A stretch of DNA of 64,000 nt from Macrostomum hystrix (Eukaryota > Animalia > Platyhelminthes). This document shows, in pieces, positions 13,116 through 23,138 of the stretch; the first letter of the stretch is position 1; every line of letters begins with the position of its first letter. Made by a program: the position numbers and the translations under genes. The DNA lies in the NCBI GenBank assembly GCA_950097015.1, contig CATNEN010000007.1, positions 4,278,001-4,342,000 of the forward strand, written 5' to 3'. The notes under the pieces were generated by a model. That model was given only the letters and a program-made list of their open reading frames with translations. It was not told where the DNA came from and made no database searches.

Positions 13116-14245
13116 CACACATTCCTATCAGTTTCTCACACATTCCTATCAGTTTCTCAGACATTCCTATCAGTTTCTCAGATATTCCTATCAGTTTCTC
13201 ACACATTCCTATCAGTTTCTCACACATTCCTATCAGTTTCTCACACATTCCTATCACTTTCTCACACATTCCTATCAGTTTCTCACACATTCCTATCAGT
13301 TTCTCACACATTCCTATCAGTTTCTCACACATTCCTATCAGTTTCTCACACATTCCTATCAGTTTCTCACACATTCCTATCAGTTTCTCACACATTCCTA
13401 TCAGTTTCTCACACATTCCTATCAGTTTCTCACACATTCCTACCAGTTTCTCACACATTCCTATCAGTTTCTCACACATTCCTATCACTTTCTCACACAT
13501 TCCTATCAGTTTCTCAGACATTCCTATCAGTTTCTCACACATTCCTATCAGTTTCTCACACATTCCTATCAGTTTCTCACACATTCCTATCAGTTTCTCA
13601 CACATTCCTATCAGTTTCTCACACATTCCTATCAGTTTCTCACACATTCCTATCAGTTTCTCACACATTCCTATCAGTTTCTCACACATTCCTATCAGTT
13701 TCTCACACATTCCTATCAGTTTCTCACACATTCCTATCAGTTTCTCACACATTCCTATCAGTTTCTCAGACATTCCTATCAGTTTCTCACACATTCCTAT
13801 CAGTTTCTCAGACATTCCTATCAGTTTCTCACACATTCCTATCAGTTTCTCAGACATTCCTATCAGTTTCTCACACATCCTTATCAGTTTCTCACACATT
13901 CCTATCAGTTTCTCACACATTCCTATCAGTTTCTCACACATTCCTATCAGTTTCTCACACATTCCTATCAGTTTCTCACACATTCCTATCAGTTTCTCAC
14001 ACATTCCTATCAGTTTCTCAGACATTCCTATCAGTTTCTCAGACATTCCTATCAGTTTCTCACACATTCCTATCAGTTTCTCAGACATTCCTATCAGTTT
14101 CTCAGACATTCCTATCAGTTTCTCAGACATTCCTATCAGTTTCTCACACATCCTTATCAGTTTCTCACACATTCCTATCAGTTTCTCACACATTCATATC
14201 ATTTTATCACACATTCATATCATTTTATCAAACATTCCTATCAAT
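13116..14245. repeat. 21-bp minisatellite (ACACATTCCTATCAGTTTCTC)n
   Basis: Highly homogeneous tandem array; explains the THSYQFL/MCEKLIG ORFs. Confidence 0.97.
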
Positions 14246-14689
14246 TTATCACGCAATTTATCACGCTTCCAGGGGCACTAAAATAACAGTTATTCGAACG
14301 CAAGAAAGCAATGTGTTCTGCAGTTTCTCAAATTGGCCGCGCTGTTTACAATCGAGGGGCAGCTGACGCATGGCCCAGTGAAATTTGGGAAGCGACTCGG
14401 ACTGAGAGCAGCAATTGGATTGCCAGACTCACTGATTGCTTTCTCACCAATGAGTACATGGACTCATGTCGGACGTCAGCTAGCGAATCATCGTAATCAC
14501 TGAGCAATGCACCTGTGCTCATATGCGGCAAAACTCAGCTTAACGAGTAAAAACCCTGTCGCTTGAGCTGAATTAACGAATTTTATCAGCAAATTTCAAC
14601 TGGCGCGTTGCGACTTGGATGTAGCTTGAACTAGGAAATCAAAAGTTTTCGCGTCGAAATGATCCGAGTTCGGGTCACGATTCCCACAA

Positions 14690-15185
14690 TTCCTAGAATT
14701 TGGCTCCTCATTCCTAGAATTAGGCTCCTGATTCCTAGAATTAGGCTCCTGATTCCTAGAATTAGGCTCCTGATTCCTAGAATTAGGCTCCCTATCCCTA
14801 GAATTAGGCTCCCGATTCCTAGAATTAGACTCCAGATTACTAAAAATAAGCTCCCGATTCCTAGAATTAGGCTCCCTATTCCTAGAATTATGCTCCTGAT
14901 TCCTAGACCTTGGCTCTTGATTCCTAGACCTTGGCTCTTGATTCCTAGACCTTGGCTCTTGATTCCTAGACCTTGGCTCTTGATTCCTAGACCTTGGCTC
15001 TTGATTCCTAGACCTTGGCTCTTGGTTCCCAGACCTTGGCTCACGATTCCCAGACCTTGGCTCACGATTCCCAGACCTTGACTCACGATTCCTAGACCTT
15101 GGCTCATGATTCCTTGAAATTGGCTTCCGATTCCAAGAATTAGGCTCCTGATTCCTAGAATTTGGCTCCTGATTCCAAGAATTCT
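14690..15185. repeat. 21-bp minisatellite TTCCTAGAATTAGGCTCCTGA grading into TTCCTAGACCTTGGCTCTTGA
   Basis: Visible unit with two sub-variants arranged in blocks. Confidence 0.9.
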
Positions 15186-15417
15186 AATACCAATTTTATT
15201 TCTAGCCAGTTTTTGTGTGGATTTTTATTTATTCTTTGGCAAAAAAATCGATAAATTTCATTCTACTCTCCTTTTTTAGTGTTTTAAAATATATAGTTGA
15301 ATTTTGTTTTAACTAAGGCTTTATCGGCCAAAAATTATTGTGTCTTTACCTATTTTCTGCCCAGCTGATTTAGTTTTTTAACAGCTGTCAAGGAAAAATG
15401 TGAGGGATGTAAATAGC

Positions 15418-16057
15418 GACAGCTCTTGCTGCGATTCCACCAACAGCTCTTGCTGCGATTCCACCAACAGCTCTTGCTGCGATTCCACCAACAGCTCTTG
15501 CTGCGATTCCACCAACAGCTCTTGCTGCGATTCCACCAACAGCTCTTGCTGCGATTCCACCAACAGCTCTTGCTGCGATTCCACCAACAGCTCTTGCTGC
15601 GATTCCACCAACAGCTCTTGCTGCGATTCCACCAACAGCTCTTGCTGCGATTCCACCAACAGCTCTTGCTGCGATTCCACCAACAGCTCTTGCTGCGATT
15701 CCACCAACAGCTCTTGCTGCGATTCCACCAACAGCTCTTGCTGCGATTCCACCAACAGCTCTTGCTGCGATTCCACCAACAGCTCTTGCTGCGATTCCAC
15801 CAACAGCTCTTGCTGCAATTCCACCAACAGCTCTTGCTGCGATTCCACCAACAGCTCTTGCTGCGATTCCACCAACAGCTCTTGCTGCGATTCCACCAAC
15901 AGCTCTTGCTGCGATTCCACCAACAGCTCTTGCTGCGATTCTACTAACAGCTCTTGCTGCGATTCCACCAACAGCTCTTGCTGCGATTCCACCAACAGCT
16001 CTTGCTGCGATTCCACCAACAGATCTTGCTGCGATTCCACTAACAGCTCTTGCTGCG
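15418..16057. repeat. 24-bp minisatellite (AACAGCTCTTGCTGCGATTCCACC)n
   Basis: Near-perfect tandem array; open on both strands. Confidence 0.97.
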
Positions 16058-17027
16058 AATCTTCCATGAGTCATGCTGCACCGATTCTTTAGTTGACGAT
16101 GCTGTTGCAATCCCATAAATTCAGAGTCAAGGATTGTAAATCATTGTTTCATAAACGCGCTAGATACTACTATAAATGAATGAAAAGTAGTTTAAACGTG
16201 CGCAATGAAACATTGTTTTACTTCAGATTTCTGACCAAAATGACGCATTTTTCTTAGAAAATAAGAAGCTACTTTAGAGTTTTCTCGCTAGATCTATCCT
16301 TGCAGTTAGTTTTCCAGGAAGTGTGGAGCTGCTGAGTCTTGCGCTGTGCCGGGTACCAGTCTCAGTAATCAAGTGTCAGAAATTGAGTTTGCTGTGCTCA
16401 GCGCAGATCAAGGGACACTGGGGGGGGATGCAAGCCAAGTTCATTAGGGAGGAGAACCAGTGCCTGCAGCTGGGGTCTTTCAGTGTCCGAGGGGAAGCCG
16501 GTCAAAATTGGTAGCAAATTGGTCCGATATCCCGCATTCGGGACCAGCGCCTGCAGCTGGGGCTGGGGGTGGGTGTGCGAACGGACAGCCCTGACTCTCC
16601 CTGGAGACAGTAGAGGATGGGCCGGGGGGGACTCCAGTGGCTGCCTCACTCTCCTTATTCTCCCAGAAACTGTGAGCGAGCTGTGTCGCGTCCCGTCTTC
16701 GTAAATGATGCATAGAGGCTGCTGCTGCTGTCTCACTTGCTTTTTTCCCCTATTTTTCTAGCACCGCGTTGCCCCGTCTGCTCGGGCCGTTGTCGTTCGC
16801 TGCCTTATCGCATTAGCGAGAAGAAGGCAAGCGCGGGGTGGGGTGGGCGGCCTCGGGACAGGGCGAAGACAAGGCGAAGCATGGGCGATGCGAGCGGCAT
16901 GAATTTTTCATGGCGCACTCAGCTAAGGGGCTGGGCTTGCACTTCTCTTTTCGCCCCGGGTCCACAAGGCGAAGATGGAGTGTTGCCCTCCTGCTGAACT
17001 GTTTGGCCCACACACTCCGAATGCTAT

Positions 17028-18499
17028 GGTGAGTAGGTGACATGAGAACATGTTGGGTGAGTAGGTGATATGAGAACATGTTGGGTGAGTAGGTGACATG
17101 AGAACAGGCTGGGTGAGTAGGTGATATGAGAACAGATCTGGGTGAGTAAGTGATATGAGAACAGATCTGGGTGAGTAAGTGATATGAGAACAGATCTGGG
17201 TGAGTAAGTGATATGAGAACAGATCTGGGTGAGTAAGTGATATGAGAACAGATCTGGGTGAGTAAGTGATATGAGAACAGGCTGGGTGAGTGACATGAGA
17301 ACAGGTCTGGCTGAGTAAGGAACACGAGAACAGATCTGGGTGAGTAAGTGATATAAGAACAGATCTGGGTGAGTACGTGATATGAGAACAGATCTGGGTG
17401 AGTAAGTGATATGAGAACAGGCTGGGTAAGTGACATGAGAACAGGTCTGGCTGAGTAAGGAACACGAGAACAGATCTGGGTGAGTAAGTGATATGATAAC
17501 AGGCTGGGTGAGTAAGTGATATGAGAACAGATCTGGGTGAGTAAGTGATATGATAACAGGCTGGGTGGTAAGTGATATGAGAACAGATCTGGGTGAGTAA
17601 GTGATATGATAACAGGCTGGGTGAGTAAGTGATATGATAACAGGCTGGGTGAGTAAGTGATATGATAACAGGCTGGGTGAGTAAGTGATATGATAACAGA
17701 TCTGGGTGAGTAAGTGATATGATAACAGGCTGGGTGGTAAGTGATATGAGAACAGATCTGGGTGAGTAAGTGATGTGATAACAGGCTGGGTGAGTAAGTG
17801 ATATGAGAACAGGCTGGGTGAGTAAGTGATATGATAACAGGCTGGGTGAGTAAGTGATATGATAACAGGCTGGGTGGTAAGTGATATGAGAACAGATCTG
17901 GGTGAGTAAGTGATATGATAACAGGCTGGGTGAGTAAGTGATATGAGAACAGGTCTGGGTGAGTAAGTGATATGAGAACAGGTCTGGGTGAGTAAGGAAC
18001 ATGAGAACATATCTGGGTGAGTAAGTGATATGATAACAGGCTGGGTGAGTAAGTGATATGATAACAGATCTGGGTGAGTAAGTGATATGAGAACAGGCTG
18101 GGTGAGTAAGTGATATGATAACAGGCTGGGTAAGTGATATGAGAACAGGCTGGGTAAGTGATATGAGAACAGGCTGGGTGAGTAAGTGATATGAGAACAG
18201 GCTGGGTGAGTAAGTGATATGATAACAGGCTGGGTGAGTAAGTGATATGATAACAGGCTGGGTGAGTAAGTGATATGATAACAGGCTGGGTGAGTAAGTG
18301 ATATGAGAACAGGCTGGGTAAGTGATATGAGAACAGGCTGGGTAAGTGATATGAGAACATGCTGGGTAAGTGATATGAGAACAGGTCTGGGTGAGTAGGT
18401 GATATGAGAACAGGCTGGGTGAGTAAGAACATGAGAACAGGTCTGGGTGAGTAGGTGATATGAGAACAGGCTGGGTGAGTAAGGAACATGAGAACAGGC
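17028..18499. repeat. 24-29-bp minisatellite with core GGGTGAGTAAGTGATATGAKAACAG
   Basis: Visible tandem array of roughly 50 units. Confidence 0.95.
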
Positions 18500-18582
18500 T
18501 TATTGTGCTGGTGGCACTAGAAAATATTGATTAAGTATCACATTAGTGCCAAACAGTTTATTAGCTTTACGCACATCACAGA

Positions 18583-18650
18583 GCACTCCTGAGCACTCCT
18601 GAGCACTCCTGAGCACTCCTGAGCAGCACCCCTGAGCACTCTTGAGCACA
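18583..18650. repeat. 10-bp tandem repeat (GAGCACTCCT)n
   Basis: Directly visible, about 6 units. Confidence 0.85.
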
Positions 18651-18850
18651 ACTAGCTGTTTTGGCCCAAACCGAATTCCGTGAGGGAGGGGGTTGGCAGG
18701 CTGCTCGATTTCGCTGGCCGAGGGCTGACCAAGTGCCGGCTGGCCAATGAGCAAGCAGCCAAGACAACTGGCCAAAAGCAGCAATAAATTACTGGAGAAG
18801 CTACTGCAAAGGCAGCCCGTTTGTCTGCTCGCAGAATTCAGCAGCGAGGC

Positions 18851-20434
18851 ATGAAAGCGCAGAATCTCAACTCTTTGCCTCTTTTTCCCCTGCTGCTGCT
18901 GCTGCTGCTGCCGTTGCTGTTGCCGATTCAAAATGTCGCCGCCTCAACAAAGCTGCTGACCTTGCCAGACAGCGGTGGTTGGACCGTCCTGCAGTCGGAG
19001 GGATTTCCTGACGATCGGCCTTATCCTGTCCGATCAGATCGACCGACTGAAATCTGGCAGATTCAAACTCGCGACCTCCGCGCACCGTTGGTCGCCAGCT
19101 TCGCCGACCTGCAGCTGCACCCGGCGTCAAGATTGGAAATCTTCGACGGCGATCCGGTGGAGTTCCGGCTGACGGACTCGGCTCGGCTGCTCCGCCGATA
19201 CGACAGCGGGGCGGACAGCTCCATGAGGGACCGGCTGGTTGCTGGGGAAACCAGCGTCATGACCGTCATCTTTCGCGCCCGCGATCCCGACAGCCGCGTC
19301 GAAATCGGTGAAGATTCGACGCCGTTCGCCGGCTTCCGGTTGAACGTGTCGACGCTGACTTCCGTGGAGTTCGCCGAATCAAAGCTTTCGCCGCCGGTCG
19401 CCACCCGCTGCGGCTGGGCGTCACCGCTTTTTGACGACGTCGACGCCGAGAATCGTCCAACTCGCGCCGCAAAAGCCTGGATGTTCCTGACGGTGCCATC
19501 TGAGCCAAGCTTCGACTGCGTCTGGCTGCTCCGCCCACTGCCCGTCGGCGTCGAGTTAATCGCCGATGTTGGCTTGAAAGCGGGCTTGAGTCTGCTGGAG
19601 GCAAGGGCCGGACCGACTTCGCTGTCGCCGCTGCTGACGCTGAGCTCTTTGAGGCCGGAAGCAGCTGTCTCGGTGCCGATTCCTTCGCCCCGGCCGCAGG
19701 AGGTCTATCTGAGGCTCCGTGGCGGCTGTCGAAATGGCAGCGAGTGCGTCAGACTGCGCTACCGCCTTGAGAGTCCCGTCAGAGGCCCCGGCTGCTGCTT
19801 GAACGTCACGAATCAGTCGCCACTGACTCTCTGCCCGAATGGCGGCAACCGAAACAGCTGGACCTGCGTGCCGCTGCATCAGGCGTGCCCACCATCGCTG
19901 AAGCTACCGACCTCATTGCCCCCGCCCCAGCCGCCACCGCCACCACCGCCGCCGCGCGGCCCGCCACCAGTTTTTAGCGGCTTCGACGAGAGCGACGGCG
20001 CGAACTCCCGGACGGGCAGGCGGCGCAGGGACCCGCACTATCTCGGCCGCATGAACGCCGTGGTGGCCGGAGCCTCTTCGCTGCTGCTGGCCCTGGGCCT
20101 CGGCCTGCTCATCCTGCGCACCCGGGTGCGGCGAATGCGAGCCGCCGCGGCGGCGGCTGCCACGGCGGCGGCTGCGGCGACCACCTCCGGCGACTTAATC
20201 GATACCGAAGCGGCCAGGTGCGGCATCAACCGCTCTGAGACCATCGTGAGCAGCCTGCTGGCCGCCATTCGAAGGCCGCCGACACCGCCGCCAGCCTATT
20301 CGGAGGCCTGCGGAACCGTCGAAGCCGGAGTCGGAACCGGAACTGATTCCGTGGCGGAGCCAATGCTGAACAATCGGCAGCCGCAGCTTTTCAGCACGGT
20401 GGCCAGTACAGTGTCTACGAGAAGCTCCATGTGA
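18851..20434 (+). CDS. Intronless type I membrane protein (527 aa): signal peptide, CUB-like extracellular region, Pro-rich stalk, single TM helix, cytoplasmic PPxY motif
   Basis: Non-repetitive GC-rich ORF; ATG 18851 is followed by the hydrophobic LPLFPLLLLLLLPLLLP. CUB-like motifs: SEGFPDDRPYP, WQI, LVASFADLQL...LEIFDG, GFRLNVS, DCVWLL. TM segment VVAGASSLLLALGLGLLIL then RTRVRR; tail contains PPTPPPAYSE. Domain calls are by eye. Confidence 0.8.
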   Translation: MKAQNLNSLPLFPLLLLLLLPLLLPIQNVAASTKLLTLPDSGGWTVLQSEGFPDDRPYPVRSDRPTEIWQIQTRDLRAPLVASFADLQLHPASRLEIFDGDPVEFRLTDSARLLRRYDSGADSSMRDRLVAGETSVMTVIFRARDPDSRVEIGEDSTPFAGFRLNVSTLTSVEFAESKLSPPVATRCGWASPLFDDVDAENRPTRAAKAWMFLTVPSEPSFDCVWLLRPLPVGVELIADVGLKAGLSLLEARAGPTSLSPLLTLSSLRPEAAVSVPIPSPRPQEVYLRLRGGCRNGSECVRLRYRLESPVRGPGCCLNVTNQSPLTLCPNGGNRNSWTCVPLHQACPPSLKLPTSLPPPQPPPPPPPPRGPPPVFSGFDESDGANSRTGRRRRDPHYLGRMNAVVAGASSLLLALGLGLLILRTRVRRMRAAAAAAATAAAAATTSGDLIDTEAARCGINRSETIVSSLLAAIRRPPTPPPAYSEACGTVEAGVGTGTDSVAEPMLNNRQPQLFSTVASTVSTRSSM

Positions 20435-20646
20435 CTCAGCATGATGTACAGTTCTTTTGTTTATGATTAATTATTGACAAAAATCTAATTGAAGCGAAAC
20501 CAATGGTTGTATAAACATGACTATAGAACTGCTGTCTGCTTTACATGTTTTCGTAAATTTTATACTAATTTTCACTTGCTACCAGGCATCCAGTACATAA
20601 AATAATATTCCCTTTTTTTCTCTCCTCAGTTTATTCTCTCTCCACC

Positions 20647-20875
20647 CTGTCTGTTCTACCTCTGTACCCTGTCTATTCTACCTCTTTACTCTGTCTATTA
20701 TACCTCTTTACTCTGTCAATTCTCCCTCTTTACTCTGTCTATTCAACCTCTTTACCCTGCCAATTCTACCTGTTTACCCTGTCTATTCTACCTCTGTACC
20801 CTGTCTATTCTACCTCTTTACTCTGTCTATTATACCTCTTTACTCTGTCTATTCTACCTCTTTACCATGTACCTC
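20647..20875. repeat. 22-bp pyrimidine-rich minisatellite (CTGTCTATTCTACCTCTTTACY)n
   Basis: Visible tandem unit. Confidence 0.85.
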
Positions 20876-21877
20876 TTACTCTACACTTTCTTAAATCCCC
20901 CAGCAGATGTGAGATTTCAACAAGAATAAATTTGTTCCATGCCTTCCTCTAAGTTTGGAAAAAATTCCAGTAAATTATTTCGATACTCCCATGAGCTGCC
21001 GCAAGTAACACTTTTCTCCCTTATTGCTGACAAACCTAATTTGGAGTATTCCGAACGAATTCTCGCCGCAAATCCTCATTGGGATTAAGCGTTGCCGGTT
21101 CTTCATCCACTGGACTGAAATAATCTACCCCTCCGACTGAATTCCCTGGGGAAATTGGCGAGCGCACCAATCTGTGCCGCCGACACAGTCAGTCAACAAG
21201 GAGTTTATTCTCTTCTGGAAGTCCGGATCCCAAGATCCCTGCAGTGGGGAGCCTCCGGCCTTATTAACCTTGGCCCAGGGAGTTGCTGCGCTGATTTTAG
21301 CAGCTTAGATGATTGATTGAGTCCGAGCTGGGCTTCGGACTGGGGTCGGGGCTGAGGGTTATGAGTTCGAATCTACTGTAAGGAATAACAAATGTGATCC
21401 TGATCGGTGCAGTAGTAAACGCGGACATTGGGACTCGATAAATGGTGAAACGCGATAGCCAGCAGGCTGGGAAACGCAGAGCCAGCTACCCGGAAACTGG
21501 GCCATTGCAAGCTGAGAACCAGATTAAGCAGACAAACAGAACTAGCTGGACTCGTAATCCTCCGAGTTTATGCCGATGGGGGAGAGAAGGGAAGAAAGAG
21601 TTGGGATTATTAGTCGGCTGGGATAGCAATGGCAGATCTTGCGTGCTAAACTGACTGAGGGAAAATTGAAGCTCAGAGTACGAGTTTCGGCTAATTAATG
21701 CCCAATTGTGCTGCCTGCCTGCCCTCATTGCTGCTGCTGCTGCTGCTGCTGCTGCCGATGATGACGATGTACTTTTATCTTAGGGTCATCCTAAGGTTTC
21801 AGAGTTGGGGCGATTGTGAGAAAGCGCTTAAAGTACTCAAATTATACGATAAGGGTGAATAAGGAAATGAGACAGTA

Positions 21878-22285
21878 GTAGATGAGAGAGTATATGAGAA
21901 TGGGATCTGAGAGAATATATGAGAATGGGATCTGAGAGAGTAGATGAGAATGGGATCTGAGAGAGTATATGAGAATGGGATCTGAGAGAGCTGATGAGAA
22001 TGGGATCTGAGAGAGTAGATGAGAATGGGATCTGAGAGAGTATATGAGAATGGGATCTGGGAGAGTAGATGAGAATGGGATCTGGGAGAGTAGATGAGAA
22101 TGGGATCTGGGAGAGTAGATGAGAATGGGATCTGGGAGAGTAGATGAGAATGGGATCTGGGAGAGTAGATTAGAATGGGATCTGAGAGAGTAGATGTTTA
22201 TGGGATCTGAGAGAGTAGATGAGAATGGGATCTGAGAGAGTAGATGTGAATGGGATCTGAGAGAGTAGATGAGAATGGGATCTGA
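21878..22285. repeat. 25-bp minisatellite (GAGAATGGGATCTGRGAGAGTAGAT)n
   Basis: Visible tandem unit. Confidence 0.92.
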
Positions 22286-23071
22286 ATATGTCAGTGGCAT
22301 GTCAGTGGTATCTTAAGTACATTTCGTACCGTTTTTAGCCAAAACATTTCCAAATGCACTTTGAATATCCTTTGCCCTCTAGGTCAGAGGGTGGTGTTAA
22401 TTTATGCAGTCTAGAAAGTGAAATTTTATCTAAGTAAATAATTTATCAGAGGTGCATAATATAGCAGAGATAAGACATTTATGTCTGACTCTGAGGGAAA
22501 GTCAGAGGGGCATTGTGAGTGCACTTGGACATAATTCTGTGGGAAATTTTTTTCTTTTAGACTTCCTTTCCAGAGCTTGTTGAAAAGTTTAATTAGTTCA
22601 CCTATTTAAAAAGAAGACTATTTGGATTGAATTTGGATAGTGTCAGTTTCCTGAAAGAGATTGTGATTGAGTTGGACTAAATCAAATCACTCCAGAGCTA
22701 GGAAGAGATATGGGGGGAATGGTCGGGGGCCACGAGGCTTCGCACTGTTCGCGCGTCATTCGGCTGTGTGAGAGATAGAGCTGGCAGCCAATCAGAATGC
22801 AGCTAGAGGCCGGCAGAGAGACAGAAGGTTATCACAGTTCGGAGCTGTGCCAACCCACCCTGTTTGGTTATTAAAAATGAGCAGAAAAATAAGCCCACGG
22901 AGATTCAGAGCTCAAAGAGATTACGGGGCGCACCTGGTTCTCTTATCAGGAAATGGCCCGCCGCCCCGCACGTTGATCAGTCGGCAGAAGCGGCAACCCC
23001 AGCCTTTCCATTCCTATCAGCACCCAAAACTGGCGAGTAAACACTCGAAAGCCTGAAAACTGTCGCCCCAG

Positions 23072-23106
<35 letters not shown>

Positions 23107-23138
23107 ACAAGGAAACAAACAAGCAGTTTCTGTGGATC

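Noticed and set aside
13012-16116. Long periodic ORFs (THSYQFL, MCEKLIG, IPRPWLL, SSCCDSTN, ESQQELLV)
   Set aside because: Unit lengths of 21 or 24 bp keep several frames open on both strands; these are translations of minisatellites.
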